A stretch of 64,000 bases of DNA from contig CACGMS010000001.1 of assembly GCA_902574205.1 (NCBI GenBank), forward strand, positions 41,819 through 105,818, in the 5' to 3' direction. The number at the start of each line of letters is the position of its first letter. Within the stretch, counting starts at the first letter, position 1. Origin of the DNA: an uncultured Candidatus Hydrogenedens sp. (GTDB lineage: Bacteria > Myxococcota > UBA4151). The notes under the pieces are model-generated. The model ran no database searches and was not told where the DNA came from. It was given only the letters and a program-made list of their open reading frames with translations. Below, in pieces: positions 27,391 to 35,374 of the stretch. The position numbers and the translations under genes were made by a program.

Positions 27391-29880
27391 ATGCGACCCT
27401 CGGCGACTAGAACGACTCTTTTGGTGATCAGCATGTGTGGGTCGATGGCTTGCGGTGAGCAGGTGGTCGTTCGCGAGACTGAGGCACGATGTGGTAATGG
27501 GCAAATCGATGCGGACGAGCAATGCGACGATGGCAATACACGCAACGAGGATGGCTGCACTGCGGCCTGTGTTGTCGCCGTCTGCGGTGATGGGGTTATC
27601 CGAACCGATTTAGGCCCTGATGACGTCGCCTTTGAAGGTTGTGACGACGGAAATTCAGCCGACGATGACGGGTGCACGAGCGCTTGTGTGCTCGCGGTCT
27701 GTGGGGACGGGATTGTTCGCACTGATATTGAGGCTGGCGCGCCCGGCTATGAAGCCTGTGATGACGCGAATGCGAGCGATCATGACGGCTGTTTGACCGG
27801 CTGTGTGTCAGCGAGCTGCGGTGATGGGGTCCGTCGTGAGGACTTAGCCGAAGATGACCTTGGTTACGAAGCTTGTGATGACGGCAACGAAGACGATACG
27901 GACGCCTGCCTCACCACGTGCTTAGAAGCGCGCTGCGGCGATGGGGTCGTCGGTCCTGGCGAGGGCTGTGATGATGCCAATGAGGACCCTACAGATGAGT
28001 GCAACGCGTGCCAACCGGCTGGCTGCGGCGACGGTGCGGTGCAAGACGGCGAGCAATGCGATGATGGGAACGCCATTGATACCGATGCCTGCTTGAGCAC
28101 GTGCGCAACTGCTCGTTGCGGTGATGGTGTAGTTTGGCAGGGCGAAGAAGTATGTGATGACGGTAACGCCAACGCCCAAGATGCGTGTACATTGCAATGC
28201 CAAGAGGCGGTTTGTGGCGATGGTATCCGTCGTCTCGATGTGCAGCCTGAAGACCCGAATTTTGAAGAGTGTGATGATGCCAATGCTGAACTGGGCGACG
28301 GCTGTTCGGATCGGTGTTTGACCGAACGTTGTGGCAATGGTCGTCTCGATCATGGCGAGGCCTGCGATGACGGAAACCAGGCGAACACCGATGCGTGCAC
28401 GAATGCGTGTGAATCGGCTCGTTGCGGCGATGGGGTAAGACACATCGGTCAAGAGGGCTGCGATGATGGTAACGCCGAAGTGGGCGATGGTTGCGATGCA
28501 CAGTGTCGGCTTGAAGGTTGTGGAAATAGTCGCCTAGATCCTGGCGAGGCGTGTGACGATGGGAACCGTGAGGCGGGTGACGGGTGCAACTTAGCTTGTC
28601 AGGTTGAGGTGTGCGGTAACGGTCGACGAGACCTTGGCGAAGCCTGCGACGATGGCAATCAGGTCGATACGGATGCTTGCTTGAGTGATTGTGTGCTCGC
28701 TCGTTGCGGTGATGGTCAACGCTTTGAAGCACAAGAAGCTTGTGACGACGGAAACCCATTCAATCAGGACCATTGTACGAATGATTGTCTAATCGCTCGA
28801 TGCGGCGACGGAATTACGCGCAATGATCTGGCTCAGGATGCTGAGGGTTATGAGGCTTGCGATGACGGCAACCAAGACCTTGGAGATGGATGCGATAACC
28901 AGTGTCGCCTTGAGGTGTGCGGGAACGGTCGACTCGATGAAGGTGAAGACTGTGACGATGGCAACCGTATTGAGACTGACGCATGCACCAGTGGTTGCTT
29001 TACGGCTCGCTGTGGGGACGGCATTCGACGACAGGACTTGGACCAAGGACAAGAAGGTTATGAAGCCTGCGATGACGGGAATCAGGAGCAAACCGATGGC
29101 TGCATCAACGATTGCGTGGCTGCGCGGTGCGGTGACGGACAAGTGCAGGTGGGTGTTGAGGGCTGCGATGATGGAAACCAGATCCCCAACGATGGTTGCG
29201 CAAACGATTGCACGCTGGGGCCTGATGGAAGCTCACCAGCGCAAGCGAGCACGACGTGTAAGGTGCTCAAATCAGAGTTCCCTCAGCTGCCGTCAGATGC
29301 TTATTGGCTCGATCCCGACGGCGCCGGTGGCGATGATCCGTTTCAAGCCTATTGCGACATGACGACCGACGGTGGCGGGTGGACGTACTGCTACACCACG
29401 AGTCGCTACGTGCATCTTTCAAGTCGTAACAGCGGCGGTACCTTTGGACAGGACGGCTACCAAGCGAATTGTCGAAAAGTGCCGTTTCACGAAGTGATTT
29501 ATCTGCGACACAGTGACGATGCCAATGCGATGTTCCGGAGGAACAACGGACAGGATGCGACCATCGAAACGCTCGGGTTTAATGTGGCGGGTAACGTGCT
29601 CGGGCAATGGACTGGGCGCGGGGCGGCATCACCCAATTGGTCTTATCAACTCAACATCTGCGACAATACGTGGATGCAGGTCGGTTTGATGATGACGGGC
29701 ATAACGAACAATTGCGCCAAACAATGCAACAACTGGTGCGGCGATACCTCGAGTCCTTATTATCGAACGAACGGTGAAGGGAACGGTGTTGCAAACTATA
29801 ATGCTTATCACGGCGTCGCTTTCGCACAGAACGGTCACCGCAACCTTGACCATCAACAGATGAGCGTGGGAATCCGCTAA
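27391..29880 (+). CDS. Cys-rich repeat lipoprotein (17 units) with a C-terminal fibrinogen-like YCDMTTDGGGWT domain
   Basis: The lipobox is MCGSMAC. The N-terminal ~330 aa are collinear with 21090..23822. The C-terminus begins TCKVLKSEFPQLPSDAYWLDPDGAGGDDPFQAYCDMTTDGGGWTY. Confidence 0.9.
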   Translation: MRPSATRTTLLVISMCGSMACGEQVVVRETEARCGNGQIDADEQCDDGNTRNEDGCTAACVVAVCGDGVIRTDLGPDDVAFEGCDDGNSADDDGCTSACVLAVCGDGIVRTDIEAGAPGYEACDDANASDHDGCLTGCVSASCGDGVRREDLAEDDLGYEACDDGNEDDTDACLTTCLEARCGDGVVGPGEGCDDANEDPTDECNACQPAGCGDGAVQDGEQCDDGNAIDTDACLSTCATARCGDGVVWQGEEVCDDGNANAQDACTLQCQEAVCGDGIRRLDVQPEDPNFEECDDANAELGDGCSDRCLTERCGNGRLDHGEACDDGNQANTDACTNACESARCGDGVRHIGQEGCDDGNAEVGDGCDAQCRLEGCGNSRLDPGEACDDGNREAGDGCNLACQVEVCGNGRRDLGEACDDGNQVDTDACLSDCVLARCGDGQRFEAQEACDDGNPFNQDHCTNDCLIARCGDGITRNDLAQDAEGYEACDDGNQDLGDGCDNQCRLEVCGNGRLDEGEDCDDGNRIETDACTSGCFTARCGDGIRRQDLDQGQEGYEACDDGNQEQTDGCINDCVAARCGDGQVQVGVEGCDDGNQIPNDGCANDCTLGPDGSSPAQASTTCKVLKSEFPQLPSDAYWLDPDGAGGDDPFQAYCDMTTDGGGWTYCYTTSRYVHLSSRNSGGTFGQDGYQANCRKVPFHEVIYLRHSDDANAMFRRNNGQDATIETLGFNVAGNVLGQWTGRGAASPNWSYQLNICDNTWMQVGLMMTGITNNCAKQCNNWCGDTSSPYYRTNGEGNGVANYNAYHGVAFAQNGHRNLDHQQMSVGIR

Positions 29881-29942
29881 TCATTAATCGTGTCGTCGGT
29901 AATACTGATCACTCGGCATGTCGACGACTCTAGGGGGTTGGA

Positions 29943-30440
29943 ATGAAACGCATATCAGCTTGCCTGCTTGCTTTATCGTTATTGATTTTGGCTCAACCCG
30001 TTCGCGCACAGTTTCCGTGTACGCCGAAGACCCTTGGCGTGGGGGTTGGCGGCGGTAATCTGATCAGCGGCATCTCGGTAAAAAAATGCCTGACTAAGGA
30101 TACGGCGGTTCAGGGCGTGGTCGGAGGACTGGCCTCTGGTGTCGGAGCGGGTGCTGATTACCTTGTCGCGCAAAACACCGTGTGGAAGGGTCGAGCTGTT
30201 CGGCTTCGCTGGGGCGTGGGCGCTGGTACGGGCCTTGTGAGTCATAGCTTTGCAGGCTTTGGTGGTGTGCTGCTCGATTTGAGTGCGGTGGTCGAGCTGG
30301 TCTTCGAGTTTAAGACCCTACCACTTGAAGTCACCACGGATTGGCGACCCGGTTATCTGATGGGCTTTGGCAGTACGGCATCGCTCGGTTACCTGCACCT
30401 TAACGGCGGCGGCGGAGCGATACGCTGGTATTTCGAATAG
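29943..30440 (+). CDS. Small outer-membrane beta-barrel-like protein
   Basis: The signal peptide is MKRISACLLALSLLILAQPVRA. The sequence is Gly-rich with alternating amphipathic stretches and an aromatic C-terminus (...AIRWYFE). I recognised no specific family. Confidence 0.65.
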   Translation: MKRISACLLALSLLILAQPVRAQFPCTPKTLGVGVGGGNLISGISVKKCLTKDTAVQGVVGGLASGVGAGADYLVAQNTVWKGRAVRLRWGVGAGTGLVSHSFAGFGGVLLDLSAVVELVFEFKTLPLEVTTDWRPGYLMGFGSTASLGYLHLNGGGGAIRWYFE

Positions 30441-30530
30441 AGACGAGTCTTTGTCCCGTTGTTTGATATTCTTGGGCAACCGTCGCTCTCGACCAACCGA
30501 TACTTAGAATGGATCAAGGGGGGATGCGCG

Positions 30531-31097
30531 ATGACGACGGCAATCGGTTCGAATCGAAACACCAATCTGACCAACTTATCCGATCGCCTGCTGCACGAGT
30601 CGACTCAAAATGCTTCAGGGCTAAGCAGCGGGTCTTCAACCGTTGGCTTCCGCAGCCCAGAGACTCGATTTCCTTCCGGCTTTGATCTTCACGTACCTCA
30701 AATTGCCTTCGCGCAACCGGGATACGATGCCGCATTTGGTCAAGCGCTCGCTCGAGAGGCATCAAGAGAGGCGCATCGTCGAGGGACCGTGGGGAACTGT
30801 TACAACGCGGTTGCTGATGTGATTGATCGTAAGGTGGATAAATTCTTATGGGGCGACCACGCCTACATGGCGGCTGATCAGCTGGCGGCACGCAAGGATC
30901 GCTTTCGTGAAGTCACCGCCAACGATTTAGCCAATCTTCCCGCCGGCGCCGTTGTCGTCTGGGGTAAGGGCAACAGCGATTCGGGTCATATTTCAATAGC
31001 GCTCGGTGACGGGCGAGAGGCAAGCGATCACATCGCCGCTCAGATGCGCAGTCACTATGGCGGCGCACCGGCAAGAGTGTTTATTCCCATTCGCTAG
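30531..31097 (+). CDS. Papain-like (CHAP/NlpC-P60-type) putative amidase with no recognisable signal peptide
   Basis: AAGGGGGG lies upstream of the ATG at 30531; the track ORF starts at 30459. The candidate nucleophile is GTVGNCYNAVADV. The candidate His is GNSDSGHISIALGDGREASDH. The N-terminal ~60 aa are polar and disordered. Confidence 0.6.
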   Translation: MTTAIGSNRNTNLTNLSDRLLHESTQNASGLSSGSSTVGFRSPETRFPSGFDLHVPQIAFAQPGYDAAFGQALAREASREAHRRGTVGNCYNAVADVIDRKVDKFLWGDHAYMAADQLAARKDRFREVTANDLANLPAGAVVVWGKGNSDSGHISIALGDGREASDHIAAQMRSHYGGAPARVFIPIR

Positions 31098-31369
31098 CTG
31101 TCAATTCGTCGATGACGAGCCAGCAATAATCGCCGTGAGGCGCTCGGTGGAGCGGCTAGCGGTAGCCGACCAAGTTAGCCAGGTGAAGCAGAGCTACTGA
31201 CACCGAAGGCTGCTCGTACAACCTGCCGCATTACTTCCTGGGCACGTTAGACCTTCGACGTTGGCACGAATCAACGGGTTGTTACCGATTACGTGACTGC
31301 CTCATTCATAAAGCGTGTGTTTTTAATGATGCGGTCGAGATGACCTTTGTTGAGGCTTAGTCAGATTGA

Positions 31370-31483
31370 CTACCCATCGATGCAGACGTAGATCGGAACA
31401 GCCCCGGCTGGTGGCTCACCGCAGGATACGCCGACAACGATCATGACGACGATGAGCGAGCGGACTAAAGAGCGATTCATCAT
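31370..31483 (-). CDS. Possible micro-lipoprotein (37 aa)
   Basis: It is below the 60-aa track cutoff. The translation is MMNRSLVRSLIVVMIVVGVSCGEPPAGAVPIYVCIDG*, with a hydrophobic core followed by Cys. There is no clear RBS, so the call is speculative. Confidence 0.25.
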   Translation of the reverse strand: MMNRSLVRSLIVVMIVVGVSCGEPPAGAVPIYVCIDG

Positions 31484-31501
31484 TGAGCACTCGAGGCATA
31501 T

Positions 31502-32128
31502 TTAGGCGTAACGTGCCATCCACGAGCGCACGCCTTCAAGGTCACCTATTCGGTCATAATGCGCCTTGAGATGCGGGTGAGCTTCGAGCAGGTTCGTCGG
31601 TATTCCATCGAGTATACCGCCGGTTAACCAACCTAAGATACGCCAGATCGCTAAATCAGCAACGCTGAGGTGGTCGCCAACGAAATAGTCTGAGCTGTGG
31701 TTTTGATTCAGGCGACTTTCCAAAAACCCCAACCATTTGGGTAAAACTTTGGCGCCGAGTTTTTGTCTCGCACGCATTTTCTCTTCGGCGTCTTTAATCG
31801 ACATCGATGATCCCAGTATATGGGTAAGTTGAGTGCATGTATCAAGCAGTTCATCGACTCGCGCTTGATCGACGAGATGATCTTTGGGGTAAAGACCTGA
31901 CACCTGACCACAAAACCGAGCGATCGAGACCGACTGAGCGATACGCACGCCATCGACATCGAGAACGGGGAGCTGACCATAAGGGAGCTCGCCCGAGCGC
32001 TTCATCGCCATGAACGCTTCTCGGTTTGGGCGCACATCTTCAAAGGGGATACCCCCTAAATGTAATGCCAGACGGCTCACTTCGGCGCGCCAAAATGGGA
32101 AATCAAAGTACATCAGTTTGAGCTGCAT
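31502..32128 (-). CDS. Glutathione S-transferase
   Basis: I prefer Met43 of the track ORF as the start, giving MQLKLMYFDFPFWRAEVSRLALHLGGIPFEDV, a GST N-terminal thioredoxin-like fold. GQLPVLDVDGVRIAQSVSIARF is a G-site motif. An alpha-helical C-domain follows. Confidence 0.85.
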   Translation of the reverse strand: MQLKLMYFDFPFWRAEVSRLALHLGGIPFEDVRPNREAFMAMKRSGELPYGQLPVLDVDGVRIAQSVSIARFCGQVSGLYPKDHLVDQARVDELLDTCTQLTHILGSSMSIKDAEEKMRARQKLGAKVLPKWLGFLESRLNQNHSSDYFVGDHLSVADLAIWRILGWLTGGILDGIPTNLLEAHPHLKAHYDRIGDLEGVRSWMARYA

Positions 32129-32227
32129 GGAGTGGACTCTTTCGTCGTGTTCAGAGCGAGAGGTTGCGTCCAGATGAGGGGTTAAACAAGTCGAGACCGA
32201 CCGCTCTTGCTTCTCGCCAAAACTTGA

Positions 32228-32941
32228 GTGCACTTTATGGAGGTCAGGAGACAAAAAGTGCGCGTTTGGGCTGCAGCTTGGTTGGTCGTGCTCGCGGGCA
32301 CGAGTTGCACACCGCCTGTCTTGGTGACGGTCTCAGGTCCGGTCAAAGATTTGGGTGATAACGGTCCGCTCGCTGGTGTTGAAGTGTGCTGGCAGGGACA
32401 AGAGCAGTGCACGCAAACGGACGCCGACGGTCGCTACAGCATCAAGGATGTTCCGGAAAACTCAGAGCTGATGCTCTCGCTTCAAGCTGATGCCTACGCT
32501 TTAGGTGTTGTACCCTTAACAGTAACGAAGGGCGATCATGAGGTGGCGCCGGTTTCACTGGGCAGCACCTTATTGATGGAGTTGCAGTCTGGCTTGATCG
32601 GCGCGGATTCGATTCCGGGTCGGGGACAGCTCGTCTTTGGCGTCTCGAACGGCATTGCGGGTGATGGAATCAACGTCCCTGAGATTACGGCAGCGCTGGA
32701 GCCACCGTCCGGAGACGGACCCTTTTACACTACTCCCGCTGGGCTTCCCAACACGCAACTCACGGCGACAAGCGTTAACGGCAGCGGTGTAATGGTCAAC
32801 CTAGAGCCCGGTCGGTACACGCTCAATCTTTCGGGTTTAAAGCGCGGTTGTACGATGGTGTTGGGTTGGGGCGAACCACAAGCGATCGAGTTTGAGGTGT
32901 TGGCCGATCGCGTGACCTACATTCGGATCGAGTGCCTATAG
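32228..32941 (+). CDS. Lipoprotein with a carboxypeptidase-regulatory-like (CarboxypepD_reg) domain
   Basis: The lipobox is LAGTSC. VSGPVKDLGDNGPLAGVEVCWQGQEQCTQTDADGRYSIKDVP is the typical motif. The start is uncertain (Met1 or Met4). Confidence 0.72.
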   Translation: MHFMEVRRQKVRVWAAAWLVVLAGTSCTPPVLVTVSGPVKDLGDNGPLAGVEVCWQGQEQCTQTDADGRYSIKDVPENSELMLSLQADAYALGVVPLTVTKGDHEVAPVSLGSTLLMELQSGLIGADSIPGRGQLVFGVSNGIAGDGINVPEITAALEPPSGDGPFYTTPAGLPNTQLTATSVNGSGVMVNLEPGRYTLNLSGLKRGCTMVLGWGEPQAIEFEVLADRVTYIRIECL

Positions 32942-32999
32942 TTTGTAGAACAACTCGGCGTGCTGCTGTGCCGGTTTCGCTTGCCTTACCATCGACCGC

Positions 33000-35240
33000 T
33001 CATCGCCGCTCAACCAAGACCCGATCGACTCTCATGTAGCTGATATCATGCCAGTAGAGACGGGTCTCGAGTCGATGCCCTTCTCTTCCTTGGTTATTAA
33101 AATTAATATTAAAGTCTTGGTAGGTAAACGGTGCGTTGAAGTCTGAGCGACGAATGTTCTCTATGGCGAAAATCTCACCCGTATCGGCGTCAAAGAGGTC
33201 CATGGTGGCGACGATCTCCGGACGGTCGTTCACGACATCGATCATGATTCGATACGATGCAGAGAGCTCACCGACCGACCAATCCTGAGCATAGGGCCCA
33301 TAAATTAGATGACCCTCTTGATCAGGCTCGACGGAGGCGGACCAGCCATCTTCTTCGGCGCGACCGAGACCGTGCTGCAAATCGCGCTCAGCCTCGTAGA
33401 GCCATTCAAAAGCGATGGGCTGTTGCGCGTCATGATGGATCGTTAATCGCCTCCGAGCCAGCGGGCTCTGTGTCCCGCTCGCCACTCCGCTGTGGATCAG
33501 CCCGCCGCCCATCTCGATACCGCCATGAACCACGCACAGGCAAAAGCCGCTGTCGTCATTATCGCCCGGTCCAAAGTTGCCGAGCGTAAAGGATCGACCG
33601 TTGGCGTAGGTATTGAAGTTACTCAGTGAAACCGGCTGCCCAGCCCAGCCCAAAACCACGTCATGGTTTGGTACATCGTCCGGGAGGCGCGTCCATTGAC
33701 CGGGCGTCAAGTTGATGCGCCGGCCTGACCAATTGACGCCGACCTCTCGCTCGGTGACGCGGACGTAGCGATTCAAGCGCTTGAGCGGGTGAGCGGCTGG
33801 CCACTCGGTCATCACAAAGCCGCCAATAAAGCTGTAGGGTCCATCAAAGGTAGGATTGTCTTGCGGGTTACGCACCTGAACGAGTCGATCCACATCATGG
33901 CTGGTAGCGTCGAGTTCGTAGCCCACGCGCAGGTAGACCGGTCGTCGAACGCCATCATCGAATAAGTAGTCCTCGTGACAATTGCGTCCGGTGGAGCTCC
34001 CTCCAAAATCACCCTGCTTGGTGAGTCGACCTTCATAGACAATCCGTAGTGTGGTCTCGGTTGAGCTGACTTCGATCGGTTCAAAGCGCTGACTCCAGCC
34101 TGGTGAGCCTTCATTGCAAGCGCTCCAGGTCGGGATATCGGGGTCGGTATAGTGGGGGGCTTCAGCGAGACTGTATTGCGCACAAAAGGAGTTCTCGTCG
34201 GCGCAACTTGGGTTGTCATCTTCTTCAGGGACGGCGTTGGGGAACTCGATGTGTTCGGCGCCTTTATAGCCAGCAGGCCAGCGCCCTTGTCCGCGCTCGC
34301 CGACGACGAGGGCGTTGACCGGACGGTTGCCATCGAGCAGAACGAAGTCAAGGGATTCAAGGTTGCCATTGAGCGCCCAGAGCCCATTCATTTTCCCATA
34401 AAAACCGGTCTCATCGAGCCACGCCATGTACCAGCGACCGACAAAGACCCGGTCCTGGCTATTCGGTCCTGTTTGGTCATCGAGACCGAGCCCCTCAAGA
34501 GCGCGTCGAATCAGCCCATCAACGTGATCTGGCGGTGCGCCAGAGTAGTCATGGATTCGAGGTAAACCCTCGATGATGCGGGTGGGTAGCAAGTTGGCGA
34601 GACAGGAATTGCTGCACGCATCGTCATCCACCTGGTTGCCGTCGTCGCATTGTTCGACGCCGGCGTGGATGAGACCGTCTCCGCACCGGGCGAGGACGCA
34701 GCCGCTCAAGCAATCGTCGGTGTCGACGCTGTTCCCATCGTCGCAGGCTTCAAATCCGTCGTCAGTCGCGCCGAGGTCGGCTCGTACCACGCCGTCACCG
34801 CATATCGCTGGTGCACAATCATTACGGCATGCGTCTGCATCGTCTCGATTGCCGTCGTCACAGTGTTCGAAATCGCTGTCGCCCTCGGAGCGGTCGAGAC
34901 GGACAATGCCATCACCGCAACGGCTGGTTGTGCATCGATTAGAACATCCGTCCGTCTCGCGGGTATTGCCATCGTCACAAGCCTCAAACTCTTCGCTGTC
35001 TGGTGCTTGATCGATACGCGTCACTCCGTCACCGCATCGAGCCCGTTCGCAAGCGTTGGTACAACGATCGGTATTGTCGGCGTTGGCGTCGTCGCATGCT
35101 TCACCGGTCTCGAGTGTTCCGTTCCCGCACGAGGCTTCTCGGTCACGGATGATGACTTGTTCTGAGCAAGCCGATATCATCCACGAAGTGATGAATAGAG
35201 CGATCAAAAAGAAGGGTCGTTGCACGATATCTCCAGCCAC
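33000..35240 (-). CDS. Cys-rich repeat lipoprotein (5 units) with a ~530-aa orphan C-terminal domain
   Basis: It has a GTG start and the lipobox MISAC. The post-lipobox SEQVIIRDREASCGNG parallels 21090 and 27391. After the 5 CDDGN units I recognised no family. Confidence 0.85.
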   Translation of the reverse strand: MAGDIVQRPFFLIALFITSWMISACSEQVIIRDREASCGNGTLETGEACDDANADNTDRCTNACERARCGDGVTRIDQAPDSEEFEACDDGNTRETDGCSNRCTTSRCGDGIVRLDRSEGDSDFEHCDDGNRDDADACRNDCAPAICGDGVVRADLGATDDGFEACDDGNSVDTDDCLSGCVLARCGDGLIHAGVEQCDDGNQVDDDACSNSCLANLLPTRIIEGLPRIHDYSGAPPDHVDGLIRRALEGLGLDDQTGPNSQDRVFVGRWYMAWLDETGFYGKMNGLWALNGNLESLDFVLLDGNRPVNALVVGERGQGRWPAGYKGAEHIEFPNAVPEEDDNPSCADENSFCAQYSLAEAPHYTDPDIPTWSACNEGSPGWSQRFEPIEVSSTETTLRIVYEGRLTKQGDFGGSSTGRNCHEDYLFDDGVRRPVYLRVGYELDATSHDVDRLVQVRNPQDNPTFDGPYSFIGGFVMTEWPAAHPLKRLNRYVRVTEREVGVNWSGRRINLTPGQWTRLPDDVPNHDVVLGWAGQPVSLSNFNTYANGRSFTLGNFGPGDNDDSGFCLCVVHGGIEMGGGLIHSGVASGTQSPLARRRLTIHHDAQQPIAFEWLYEAERDLQHGLGRAEEDGWSASVEPDQEGHLIYGPYAQDWSVGELSASYRIMIDVVNDRPEIVATMDLFDADTGEIFAIENIRRSDFNAPFTYQDFNINFNNQGREGHRLETRLYWHDISYMRVDRVLVERR

Positions 35241-35374
35241 ACCTACGATGGACCGACTGACTTTGTTGGGTCAACGGTCTTAGGGTCATATCCCCGCAGA
35301 TGGCGACGACCCATGGACAATCATAGAGACGCGATGAACAATGGCGTATCTTGATCTCGTGAAGGAAGACGTGA

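Noticed and set aside
31150-31175. A short hairpin, cggcta-gcgg-tagccg, downstream of the amidase-like gene.
   Set aside because: The stem is 6 bp and no U-tract follows. It cannot be distinguished from chance.
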